Assembly: GCA_023819665.1 (NCBI GenBank)
Contig: JAMWCP010000002.1
Span: 1-43,635 of the forward strand
Direction of reading: 5' to 3'
Source of the DNA: Candidatus Omnitrophota bacterium
GTDB lineage: Bacteria > Omnitrophota > Gorgyraeia > Gygaellales > JAMWCP01
DNA: 43,635 nt
Part shown: piece after piece, positions 15,490 through 24,628 of the stretch
Numbering within the stretch: position 1 is the first letter of the stretch
How the letters are laid out: each line of letters opens with the position of its first letter
The notes under the pieces: generated by a model
The model's input: only the letters and a program-made list of their open reading frames with translations
Told to the model about the DNA's origin: nothing
The model's database searches: none
Program-made: the position numbers and the translations under genes

Positions 15490-17253
15490 TTATAAATCAA
15501 CCTCTGCCTGTTTAAAATCCCTCCAAAGAGCGTCTTTAGATATCCCTACTTCAATAAAATCCCAAGGGAGAACCTCTTCTTTGTTCAAAAGCCGGTAAAC
15601 ATAGAATTCAGGATTAATATCTACTTCCTTCCAAGCCTCTTGCCATATATTTAAATTAAAATAACCACTCCAAGCATCAAAACAAGCACCCTTTCTATAG
15701 GCATTATAGATGATTTGAGAAGCTCTGCGATCTAGGCGTGAAAGCAAACATTCCAAAAAACTCATATAAAGATTATGAAAATTTATCTTAAGCCACCGAC
15801 GGGATTTCATCTTAGAAAATATGTATGATTGCTTCCTGCTAATCTCTTCTAACTTCTCCATACCAACCCACTGAAAAGGTGTATGAGGCTTAGGGATAAA
15901 GGTATTAATACTTACATTGATACCTATATTTTTATTGTATTTGGTTTTTATAAAATAATAAATGGAATCTACAAAATCTATAATACTATCTAAATCTTCC
16001 TTTTCTTCCCCCGGTAGACCGATCATAAAATAGAGTTTTAGATGCCTAAATCCTTTCTGATATGCCTTTTCTACAATAGAAAGGAAAATATCCCTGTTGA
16101 ATTCTTTATTTATAATCTTACGTAACTTATCACTTCCCGTCTCTGGAGCAAAAGTAAGTCCACCTTTTTTTATTATATCAAAAAAAGAAATGATTTCTTC
16201 TACTGCCGTTCTTTCACGCAATGAAGAAAAAGAAAGGATAAGTTTTCGATCTCTGAATTCACTATTTAACTTCTCTACCAATATCTTTATCTGTGGATAA
16301 TCACTCACACAAAGTCCTCCTAAAGAAAGCTCCTCATATCCTGTTTTATTGAAAATATCTCTACTTAATGCCAATATTTTTTCTATACTTCTGAACCTTA
16401 AAGGATAATAAAATACCCTTGCTTGACAGAATCTACAAGAATGAGGGCATCCCCGCATGATCTCTAAAGTCATACGATCATGTACTATTTCGGTAAACGG
16501 AACTATCCAGAAAGAAGGATAGAAACTACTTTCTATTTTTTTTAAAGAACGCCTTTTGATTAAAAGAGGAGCATCCTGTGTAGTAGCAAAAAACTTTTTT
16601 ATAGTGCCGTCTTTATTGTAAGTAACATTGTAAAAAGAGGGAATATAAACCCCCTCAAGATATTTTAAATGATGCAGAAATTCTCTTTTTAACGGTCGGC
16701 GATCTTGATTTTTCTTTTTTAAATTACGATAAATATCAATGAATTCTAAAATAACTTCTTCCGCCTCTCCAATTATAAAAAGATCAAAAAAATCTGCCAA
16801 TGGTTCAGGATTTAAAGTACAAAAACCACCTCCTATAACTAAAGGATATCCCTCTCCTCTTTCTTTGAAAAAAAAAGGAATGTCTGCTAATTCCAGTATT
16901 TTTAAAATACCTGTATAATTCAACTCATAACTTAAACAAAAACCTAATATATCAAAATCATTCAGATCTCTTTTTGATTCCCAGGAAAATATCTTCTTCT
17001 TTTCTCTAAATAAAAATTCTTGTAGATCGCTCTGCGGTAAAAATACCCTTTCACAAACCACATCTTCAATACTGTTTAAAAGACCATAAATTATCCTCAA
17101 ACCTAAGTTACTCATCCCTACTTCATACACATCGGGAAAGCATAAGGCAAAACGTATGTATACCTTTGAAAAGTCTTTCTTTAATACATTCAGCTCATTA
17201 CCGAGATATTGTACGGGGCTCTTAAATTTAAGCAGAATCTCCTCTGAAATCAT
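15490..17253 (-). CDS. B12-binding-domain radical SAM protein (TIGR03960-like, uncharacterised family)
   Basis: CxxxCxxC cluster motif MRGCPHSCRFCQA after an N-terminal B12-like domain. 587 aa. Its ATG overlaps the rodA stop (ATGA). Confidence 0.8.
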   Translation of the reverse strand: MISEEILLKFKSPVQYLGNELNVLKKDFSKVYIRFALCFPDVYEVGMSNLGLRIIYGLLNSIEDVVCERVFLPQSDLQEFLFREKKKIFSWESKRDLNDFDILGFCLSYELNYTGILKILELADIPFFFKERGEGYPLVIGGGFCTLNPEPLADFFDLFIIGEAEEVILEFIDIYRNLKKKNQDRRPLKREFLHHLKYLEGVYIPSFYNVTYNKDGTIKKFFATTQDAPLLIKRRSLKKIESSFYPSFWIVPFTEIVHDRMTLEIMRGCPHSCRFCQARVFYYPLRFRSIEKILALSRDIFNKTGYEELSLGGLCVSDYPQIKILVEKLNSEFRDRKLILSFSSLRERTAVEEIISFFDIIKKGGLTFAPETGSDKLRKIINKEFNRDIFLSIVEKAYQKGFRHLKLYFMIGLPGEEKEDLDSIIDFVDSIYYFIKTKYNKNIGINVSINTFIPKPHTPFQWVGMEKLEEISRKQSYIFSKMKSRRWLKINFHNLYMSFLECLLSRLDRRASQIIYNAYRKGACFDAWSGYFNLNIWQEAWKEVDINPEFYVYRLLNKEEVLPWDFIEVGISKDALWRDFKQAEVDL

Positions 17254-18335
17254 CTTCTTTTATTAATACTCATAAGTATACCTACAGATAAAAAAGAAAT
17301 AACAACAGAGGAACCACCGTAACTGAAAAATACTAGCGGCAATCCTACCACGGGTGCTATTCCTAAAGTCATAGAAATATTTATAAAAATCTGGATAAAA
17401 AACATAGAGACTATACCTAAAGCAAGCAGCTGTTTAAAACGTTCTTCTGTATGTTCAGCGATCTTAAGGCCATAAAAAATAAACAGATAGTATAATCCTA
17501 TAAGAAAAATACTACCCAAAAAACCCCATTCTTCAGAAAAACTAGCAAAAATGAAATCGGTGTGAGCTTCTGGTAAAAAACGTAACTGTCCCTGAGTTCC
17601 TCCCAGCCAGCCTTTCCCAAAAAGCCTACCTGAACCAACAGTAATTTTAGATTGAGTTACAGTATAACCTGCACCTAAGGGATCTTTATCCGGATTAATA
17701 AAGACAAGCAATCTCTCTTTCTGATAATCTTTTAAAAAAACCCATAACAGAGGAGAAAGACAAATAAGAAAAAGAAAAAATATTAGAAGATATCTCCTCT
17801 TTATACCTGCAAAATAAACTAAACTTACATAGATAAAAAAAAGCATCAATGCAGTTCCTAAATCGGGCTGTTGAAGAATTAAAAACATTGGCACAATAAT
17901 TAATAAAAAAGGGATAAATATACTTTTTATAAAATTGGCCTCTCTCCTTATCTCTTTAACAGAGATATGACTAAAATATCTTGCCAAGATAACTATTATG
18001 GATAACTTTGCCAACTCCGAAGGTTGAAAGTTAAGCCACAGTATTCTTAACCAACGCTGTGCTCCTAAGCGGACATACCCTAAGATATCTACGAGGATAA
18101 GAAGAACTAATGTAATTATATATAAAAAGTAAGCGATATCCCAAAGTTTACGAACATCCCATTTATAAATAATCCAACATAAAACTAAACCTAAAGATAT
18201 CCAAATAATCTGACGAATGTAGAGAGGAAAAGGTATCAAAACATTAGATGGGTAACGTACGCTGTATATAGTAAAAATCCCTAATATACTAATTAAAATT
18301 GATATAAAAAAGATCTTAAAATGGTAATTATTCAT
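17250..18335 (-). CDS. rodA: Rod shape-determining peptidoglycan glycosyltransferase RodA (SEDS family)
   Basis: SEDS layout with the motifs QPSELAKL, PEAHTDFIF and SYGGSS. It follows mrdA directly. Confidence 0.92.
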   Translation of the reverse strand: MNNYHFKIFFISILISILGIFTIYSVRYPSNVLIPFPLYIRQIIWISLGLVLCWIIYKWDVRKLWDIAYFLYIITLVLLILVDILGYVRLGAQRWLRILWLNFQPSELAKLSIIVILARYFSHISVKEIRREANFIKSIFIPFLLIIVPMFLILQQPDLGTALMLFFIYVSLVYFAGIKRRYLLIFFLFLICLSPLLWVFLKDYQKERLLVFINPDKDPLGAGYTVTQSKITVGSGRLFGKGWLGGTQGQLRFLPEAHTDFIFASFSEEWGFLGSIFLIGLYYLFIFYGLKIAEHTEERFKQLLALGIVSMFFIQIFINISMTLGIAPVVGLPLVFFSYGGSSVVISFLSVGILMSINKRR

Positions 18336-20038
18336 ATAAGAGATTCCTCTTTCATTTTTTCAATTATTCTTTTTGCCACCCAGCAGGCATTGGAGCTCGA
18401 TCCACCATATTCTAATATTACACAGATACTATAACGTGGATTTTCCACAGGAAAATATCCTGTAAACCAGGCATGAGATTGTTTTCTATTGACCTGGGCA
18501 GTGCCGGTCTTACCTGCTATAGATACACCGGATAGGTAAAGTATATGAGCAGTCCCGGTATCATCCTCCACTACTTTCTTCATTGAATTATGGATAATAT
18601 TTAAAATTCTATCTTCTATCCCAAGAGGTAGAATATTTCTTTGCCGCGCAGAAATATCTCTCTCGCCAATCGATTTTACTAAATAAGGCCTAACAAGATT
18701 CCCTTTATTTGCAAACACTGAAATCATCCGTACAATCTGTAGAGGTGTGGCTAATAAATCACCTTGACCGATAGAAAAATTAGCAGTATCCCCATCAAAC
18801 CAAGGAATTCTACGATTAAGTTTTCTTAAAATAGGATGTGGTACAAGACCTGCTTTCTCTTCAGGCAGATCTATATGAGTAACTTTACCCAAACCAAATT
18901 TTAAAGCGTATTCATTCAGTTTTTCTGCACCTAAAGATAATCCTAATTTATAAAAGAAAACATCGCAGGAATGAGTGATTGCTTCTTTAACATCCTGATA
19001 ACCGTGTTTATCCCAACAACTAAATTGTCGATTGCCAATCTTTAAAGACCCATCACAGAAAAAAGAAGTTTTTGTATCCATACGTTGTTCACACAATCCT
19101 GCTGTAGCTACCACGGGTTTAAAAACCGAACCAGGAGGATAAAGACCACTTATTGCTCGATTAACTAATGGAGCATTGGAATCGGAAAGCATCTTCTTCA
19201 AAATACTTTGATTAAAAGAAAGTTCAGAGGGAGAAAAATTAGGAAAACTCGCCATGGCAATTATTTCTCCTGTATAAGGATCCATAATCACTACTGCCCC
19301 TGAATAATCATCTAATACTTCTTCTACTATTTTCTGTACTCTTAAATCAATAGTTGTATATAGGTCTTTACCATTACGGGGTGGCTTAAATCCTAAAATA
19401 CGCCTTGGCCTGCCTCGATTATCCACTTCTAATTGTAAACCACCATCCTTAGCCCTCAGGTAATAATCGTAACGCTCTTCCAGGCCACCGTAACCTACCG
19501 TATCGGAAGCAGAATATCCATAATCTTGCCACCTCTTTAACCGCCACCAATCAATAGAAGAAAGATAACCTAAAATATGACTGGCTAATCTACTAAAAGG
19601 ATAATTTCTTTTAGGTACCAATTGAATGGTAATAGCGGGAAATTTAAACTTTAGTTCTTCAAGAATAATCGCTTTTTCTTTATCTAATTCTTTAATCAAA
19701 GATATGGGTAAGAATGAATTTAGTTTATTTTGAATACGCGACTTCAACTCAAGAAAGGAAACACCCAAGATAGAAGATAACTTTTTTAAAAAATCTTCGA
19801 GGTTTTCTATATTTTGTGGGTAGACCATCAACTCATAAGAGTAAGAGTTATCTACCAAGATATTACCATTGCGATCTAAAATTCTTCCCCGCGCACCCCT
19901 AAGAGGGAGTATCCTGATAGAATTCGCTCTACTCAATTGAAAGAATCTTTTTCCGTGAATGATCTGTAAATAAAAAATTCTTAAAACAAGTACCAAAAAT
20001 ACCAGTCCTGTTATTAAAAAAACTTTTCTTTTGAACAT
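18332..20038 (-). CDS. mrdA: Penicillin-binding protein 2 (elongasome transpeptidase)
   Basis: N-terminal TM anchor, SxxK motif (GSVFKP) and KTGTA motif. It sits between mreD and rodA. Confidence 0.92.
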   Translation of the reverse strand: MFKRKVFLITGLVFLVLVLRIFYLQIIHGKRFFQLSRANSIRILPLRGARGRILDRNGNILVDNSYSYELMVYPQNIENLEDFLKKLSSILGVSFLELKSRIQNKLNSFLPISLIKELDKEKAIILEELKFKFPAITIQLVPKRNYPFSRLASHILGYLSSIDWWRLKRWQDYGYSASDTVGYGGLEERYDYYLRAKDGGLQLEVDNRGRPRRILGFKPPRNGKDLYTTIDLRVQKIVEEVLDDYSGAVVIMDPYTGEIIAMASFPNFSPSELSFNQSILKKMLSDSNAPLVNRAISGLYPPGSVFKPVVATAGLCEQRMDTKTSFFCDGSLKIGNRQFSCWDKHGYQDVKEAITHSCDVFFYKLGLSLGAEKLNEYALKFGLGKVTHIDLPEEKAGLVPHPILRKLNRRIPWFDGDTANFSIGQGDLLATPLQIVRMISVFANKGNLVRPYLVKSIGERDISARQRNILPLGIEDRILNIIHNSMKKVVEDDTGTAHILYLSGVSIAGKTGTAQVNRKQSHAWFTGYFPVENPRYSICVILEYGGSSSNACWVAKRIIEKMKEESLI

Positions 20039-20499
20039 ATCAGGTCCATCGTTTTAAAAATTATTACTGAAAAAACACATGTATAAAAAGTAGAGATGAG
20101 AGTTATTTTCAGAAAAATACCTAAAGAAGGCATAACTCTATAAAAAATAAATAACCCTTTAAAAGCATTTATCAGAAGACTTATAAAGATCACTACTGAC
20201 ATTTTTAAATAAAATGACTCTATAACAAATGCCTTTGCCGTTCTATAAACAAGATAAGTAAATAAAAAATATAAAAGAGAATTTATACCCCAGGGATAAA
20301 AATCTAATAGATCTTTCAAAAAACCTAAAAGAAAACCAAAACCAAGCACCTCACCTATACTATAGTTTAATCCTAAATTTACTAAAGCAGGGACGAAGAG
20401 ATCTATTTTTAGCGAAAACATCTCAAATACTTCTAAAAAGCATATCTCAATTATAGAAAGTACAATAAAATAAATCAAAAGCCTTGTTTTTCTCCTCAT
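20014..20499 (-). CDS. mreD: Rod shape-determining protein MreD
   Basis: Small polytopic membrane protein immediately after mreC. The assignment is positional plus hydrophobicity. Confidence 0.75.
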   Translation of the reverse strand: MRRKTRLLIYFIVLSIIEICFLEVFEMFSLKIDLFVPALVNLGLNYSIGEVLGFGFLLGFLKDLLDFYPWGINSLLYFLFTYLVYRTAKAFVIESFYLKMSVVIFISLLINAFKGLFIFYRVMPSLGIFLKITLISTFYTCVFSVIIFKTMDLICSKEKFF

Positions 20500-21263
20500 T
20501 TTATAATTACCATTACCTCTTCAAGTTTATAAAAATTAACTGAGGGCTTTATTTTTAAATAAGGACGTCCATCCAGAGAATCTCTTTTTATCTCTATAAC
20601 TTCTCCGATTAATATCCCCTTAGGGAAAATCTCCGTCAAACCAGCAGTGATTACTGTATCTTTTATTTTTATATCACTCACATCATCAAGATAATGCATT
20701 ATCAGATAACCATCTAATGTACCACAAACAACACCTTCTTCACGATTCCTCTGGATTATTGCAGAAACACAAAATCCTGTATCTGTCAAAAGTACCACCT
20801 TGGCAGTAGAATCACCAACTTCTATTACTCTACCCACTAAGCCTGCATGAGAGATCACTGGAAGATTCTCTCTAACCCTATCTTTTCTGCCACGATCGAT
20901 AACTACAGAAGAAAGCCAATTATCTGCTGAGCGCATAATAACTTTAGCAATAATAAAATTAAAAGGAGATACTTGTTTAAAAGAAAGGATATTTTTAAGA
21001 CGCTTATTTTCTTGGCAGCATTCTTTGTAATCTGAAACCTCTTGTTTTAACAAACTTAATTCTTCATTTAATCTTTTGTTCTCTAAAAAATTATAATGAA
21101 AGAAAATCAAAGCTTTAAACTCATTAAAGAGAAAATGTATTAAACTAAAAGGATATTCACATAAATCAATTAGATATTTTCTCAAAAAGGGGAGAAAAGA
21201 GGAAAATAAAAAAATAGATAATAAAAGAAGAAAAACTAATCTTTTCTCTTTAAGCTGTAACAC
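20496..21263 (-). CDS. mreC: Rod shape-determining protein MreC
   Basis: N-terminal TM segment, a coiled coil (ENKRLNEELSLLKQEVSDYKE), then beta-barrel region motifs GLVGRVIEVGDSTAKVVLLTD and PKGILIGEV. It has a GTG start. Confidence 0.88.
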   Translation of the reverse strand: MLQLKEKRLVFLLLLSIFLFSSFLPFLRKYLIDLCEYPFSLIHFLFNEFKALIFFHYNFLENKRLNEELSLLKQEVSDYKECCQENKRLKNILSFKQVSPFNFIIAKVIMRSADNWLSSVVIDRGRKDRVRENLPVISHAGLVGRVIEVGDSTAKVVLLTDTGFCVSAIIQRNREEGVVCGTLDGYLIMHYLDDVSDIKIKDTVITAGLTEIFPKGILIGEVIEIKRDSLDGRPYLKIKPSVNFYKLEEVMVIIK

Positions 21264-21277
21264 CTTATCATAGAGAA

Positions 21278-22330
21278 CTACCGGACAGCCACTCTTTTAA
21301 GATATTTTATCTCATTTAGTACCTTACCTGTACCCTCTGCTACCGCAGTTAAAGGATTATCGGCGATATGTACAGGAAGACCTGTTTCTTCAGAAATCAC
21401 CTTATCTAAGCCTTTTAAAAGAGAACCTCCTCCTGCCAGCACAATACCATGTTCAATAATATCAGAAGCCAATTCCGGAGGTGTTCTCTCTAAAGAAATT
21501 TTGGTAATCTCTATTATAGCTTTAAGTGGTTCCGAAAGCGCTTCTCTTACCTCTTCAGAAGTAATGGTTACTGCCTTAGGAAGACCTGATACTAAATCTC
21601 TACCTTTTATCTCTAGAGAAGTTTCTTTTTCTAAAGGATAGACGGAACCAATTTTAATTTTTATTTCCTCAGCGGTACGCTCACCGATTAAAAGATTGTA
21701 GGTCTTTTTAAGATACTCAATAATTGATTCATCCATTTCATCTCCAGCGATACGGATAGATTTAGAAAAGACAATCCCTGCTAAAGAAATAACAGCAACC
21801 TCTGTAGTTCCACCTCCAATATCAATAATCATATTTCCTATAGGTTCTTCAATAGGTAAGCCTACACCAATAGCAGCCGCCATAGGTTCTTCAATCAAAA
21901 AAACTTCCCGCGCCCCTGCTCTTTCCGCAGAATCCTTCACCGCACGTTTCTCTACCTCTGTGATTCCTGAGGGTATCGCAATGACTATACGGGGCCTCAC
22001 TAATACGCGGCGGTGATGAACTTTCTTTATAAAATAACGTAACATTGCTTCTGTAGTATCAAAATCAGCAATCACTCCATCTTTCATGGGCCGGATAGCT
22101 ACAATATTGCCGGGCGTACGCCCCAGCATCCGCTTTGCTTCTTCTCCTACTGCTAAAATCTGTGAACTAACTTTATCAATAGCCACAACCGATGGCTCAC
22201 AGAGAATAACCCCTTCTCCTTTAACGTAAACTAAAGTGGTAGCTGTACCCAAATCTATACCCATATCATTAGAAAATAAACTCGCGATGTAATCTCTCGC
22301 CCTTTTAAAACGAATCTTCCACGTAACCAT
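21278..22330 (-). CDS. mreB: Rod shape-determining actin homologue MreB
   Basis: Canonical actin-fold motifs [26 protein letters not shown] and [12 protein letters not shown]. Confidence 0.96.
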   Translation of the reverse strand: MVTWKIRFKRARDYIASLFSNDMGIDLGTATTLVYVKGEGVILCEPSVVAIDKVSSQILAVGEEAKRMLGRTPGNIVAIRPMKDGVIADFDTTEAMLRYFIKKVHHRRVLVRPRIVIAIPSGITEVEKRAVKDSAERAGAREVFLIEEPMAAAIGVGLPIEEPIGNMIIDIGGGTTEVAVISLAGIVFSKSIRIAGDEMDESIIEYLKKTYNLLIGERTAEEIKIKIGSVYPLEKETSLEIKGRDLVSGLPKAVTITSEEVREALSEPLKAIIEITKISLERTPPELASDIIEHGIVLAGGGSLLKGLDKVISEETGLPVHIADNPLTAVAEGTGKVLNEIKYLKRVAVR

Positions 22331-22357
22331 TTGTTTTCGTCCTTTATATTTTTTTTA

Positions 22358-22386
22358 ATCTTAACAGAGATTAAACTATATGTCAA
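22358..22386 (-). promoter_or_regulatory. Sigma70-like promoter for the mreB operon (TTGACA-17 nt-TAAGAT)
   Basis: On the minus strand, TTGACA lies at 22386-22381, followed by a 17-nt spacer and TAAGAT at 22363-22358. An AAGGA Shine-Dalgarno lies about 8 nt before ATG 22330. Confidence 0.5.
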
Positions 22387-22389
22387 ACA

Positions 22390-22407
22390 AAAATTTCTGG
22401 AAATTTT
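22390..22407. repeat. Perfect 8-bp inverted repeat AAAATTTC-TG-GAAATTTT
   Basis: Read directly from the sequence. It lies between the aroA stop (22411) and the mreB -35 element. Confidence 0.6.
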
Positions 22408-22410
22408 ATC

Positions 22411-23733
22411 CTAATGCACAATCCTCTTAAGGATACCTAAGAAATTAGGAAAAGATTTACTTACACAACTGACATCATCAATTAAACTCTCTCCTTTTTT
22501 AGCAGCCAATCCTGCCACTACAAGAGCCATCGCAGTACGATGATCTCCAAAGGAATGAAGTTTTGCTCCTTTAAGCGAATCTACCCCCTCAATTACTATG
22601 TCTTCTCTCTGTCTTTTTCTTTGGAGAGAAATCTTTGCTCCCATATAGCTCAAACCTTCCATCATAGATCTTATACGATCGGTTTCCTTAAAACGAAGTT
22701 CTTGTACGGATTCTATAATAGTTTTACCTTTAGCAAAAGAAGCAGCTACCATCAAAATAGGTAACTCATCAATCAAAGAGGGAATCTCTTCTTTTTTAAC
22801 ATACACTGCTTTTAAAGAAGAGCTACTCACTGTTATATCTCCCAGTGGTTCTTGAAAATTTTTATCAAGTATTTTATATCTTAAATCAATATTAGCCCCC
22901 ATTCTTTTCAATACTCTCACCAGTCCCAACCGAGTAGGATTAAATCCAATATTATTTATCTTAAGATAAGAGTTTTTGAGAAGTATTGCTGCTACTAAAA
23001 AGAAACTTGCCGAAGAAATATCTCCCGGGATTAAAATGTATTCAGGAGATCTGAGTATTCCCGGAGGTCTTAAAAATATCTTTTGATTTTTAATTTTTAT
23101 ATCTACGCCGCACTGATAGAGAAGTCTTTCTGTATGATCACGGGTCTTTATAGATTCCTGTACAACTGTTACACCTTCAGCGAATAAACCTGCTAAAAGA
23201 ATACTGGATTTTACCTGTGCAGAAGCAACAGGCAGGTTATACTCTATAGCCTTCAATCTACAACCTCCCTTTATTACTAAAGGAGGGTATTCCTCGTTAT
23301 CCCTTACCTCAAGCGACTCTATATTAGCCCCCATCATCCTCAAAGGCTCTAATACTCTTCTCATTGGTCTCTTTGAAAGTGATGGACCTGCCTTCAAAGT
23401 AACATCGAAATTCTGTCCCGCCAAAACTCCACACAGAAGTCTAATAGTCGTTCCCGAATCACCTACAAATATAGAACTCTCTATTGGTTTTAAACCCTTA
23501 AGTCCCTTACCATAGATAGTAAGTCTTCTACCCTCCTTTTTTATCTTTACTCTTAATTTTTTAAATGCTCCAAGAGTATAAAGGCAGTCTTTACTTAAAG
23601 AAAAATTCTCAAGTATCGTTTTGCCTTTTGCAATACTACCTATGAATACTGCTCGATGACTTATAGATTTATCTGAAGGCAGAGTAATCTCCCCCTTAAC
23701 AAAAGAAGCAGGATGAATCTGAAATGGTTTCAT
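22411..23733 (-). CDS. aroA: 3-phosphoshikimate 1-carboxyvinyltransferase (EPSP synthase)
   Basis: LPSDKSISHRA, GDSGTTIRLL and the RPM motif (KRPMRRVLEPL). 440 aa. Confidence 0.93.
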   Translation of the reverse strand: MKPFQIHPASFVKGEITLPSDKSISHRAVFIGSIAKGKTILENFSLSKDCLYTLGAFKKLRVKIKKEGRRLTIYGKGLKGLKPIESSIFVGDSGTTIRLLCGVLAGQNFDVTLKAGPSLSKRPMRRVLEPLRMMGANIESLEVRDNEEYPPLVIKGGCRLKAIEYNLPVASAQVKSSILLAGLFAEGVTVVQESIKTRDHTERLLYQCGVDIKIKNQKIFLRPPGILRSPEYILIPGDISSASFFLVAAILLKNSYLKINNIGFNPTRLGLVRVLKRMGANIDLRYKILDKNFQEPLGDITVSSSSLKAVYVKKEEIPSLIDELPILMVAASFAKGKTIIESVQELRFKETDRIRSMMEGLSYMGAKISLQRKRQREDIVIEGVDSLKGAKLHSFGDHRTAMALVVAGLAAKKGESLIDDVSCVSKSFPNFLGILKRIVH

Positions 23734-24575
23734 TGGATTTTTAAAACTACTTTATCCCCTTCTGCAACTTTATCTTTTAACTGAGAAGAGAGAAAACCCG
23801 CCGCTGACATAGAATCATGAAGTTTCTCCACTTTAATATCTCCAATATATTTACCTTTATGATAAACAGAAAATACATCGTCAATATTTACGCCCTCTTG
23901 GCTACCTAAATTTATTACTACAAAACCATAATCTTTATTTACTACTAAAATCTTGCCTTCTAAAGGTGTCTTCACTGTAACTGTTCCTGCGGGGGCTTCT
24001 CCTTTTCCTTTCTGTTTTTCTTTATAAACAATCTCTTTCTTCTCTGTAGAGGTAGAGACAGGAATACCTTGTTTATCTATCTTAATCTCTCCGAGTTCTA
24101 TTTTTTGCTGCATATATTCCATATCTTTAATTTTCTTTTCAAGTTCGGCCCTCTCTTCTTCCACGTTCTTCAGCTTCGCCTTCAATCTGCTAACTTCTTT
24201 TTTTGCTCGCCCCAACTCTTCCTCTAATAACTTCTCACTCTCCTCTTTTTCTTGAATCAATCTCTTTAATTCATTTAAGTTATTTAAAGCTTCATCTTTA
24301 GCTTTCTTTTCCTTTTCCAATTCGCTATTGAGCGTATCTAACATATTCTTCGATTCATTAAATTTTGTCTCCATAAGTGTAAGCTCTTTTTGAGTCTCTT
24401 CAAGTTTAATCTCTGTAAGTTTAAATCTCGCACGCGTCTCATCTAAAACTTCCTGTAGAGCAAGTGCCTTTTCTTTCTCTTTTTGATAAAAATAAAAAAT
24501 ATTGGCTGCCAAAAAAAATCCTATAATTACTAAAAAGCTCAATATCCCTATAAAAATACTACCTCTTTTTTTCAT
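23730..24575 (-). CDS. Membrane-anchored coiled-coil protein with a small C-terminal beta-rich domain (hypothetical)
   Basis: N-terminal TM segment (IFIGILSFLVIIGFFLAANIF), about 140 aa of E/K/L-rich heptad-like sequence, then GKILVVNKDYGFVVINLGSQEGVNIDDVFSVYHKGKYIGDIKVEKL. A strong Shine-Dalgarno (GGGAGGTG) precedes the ATG. Its stop overlaps the aroA start (ATGA). Confidence 0.7.
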   Translation of the reverse strand: MKKRGSIFIGILSFLVIIGFFLAANIFYFYQKEKEKALALQEVLDETRARFKLTEIKLEETQKELTLMETKFNESKNMLDTLNSELEKEKKAKDEALNNLNELKRLIQEKEESEKLLEEELGRAKKEVSRLKAKLKNVEEERAELEKKIKDMEYMQQKIELGEIKIDKQGIPVSTSTEKKEIVYKEKQKGKGEAPAGTVTVKTPLEGKILVVNKDYGFVVINLGSQEGVNIDDVFSVYHKGKYIGDIKVEKLHDSMSAAGFLSSQLKDKVAEGDKVVLKIQ

Positions 24576-24598
24576 TTAACACCTCCCTTAACTAGTCT

Positions 24599-24626
24599 AT
24601 TATATCATCAGCCACAATAAAATCAA
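24599..24626 (-). promoter_or_regulatory. Sigma70-like promoter (TTGATT-16 nt-TATAAT, TGn-extended) for the coiled-coil gene and aroA
   Basis: On the minus strand, TTGATT lies at 24626-24621, followed by a 16-nt spacer ending in TGA and TATAAT at 24604-24599. A GGGAGGTG Shine-Dalgarno and ATG 24575 follow. Confidence 0.5.
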
Positions 24627-24628
24627 TT

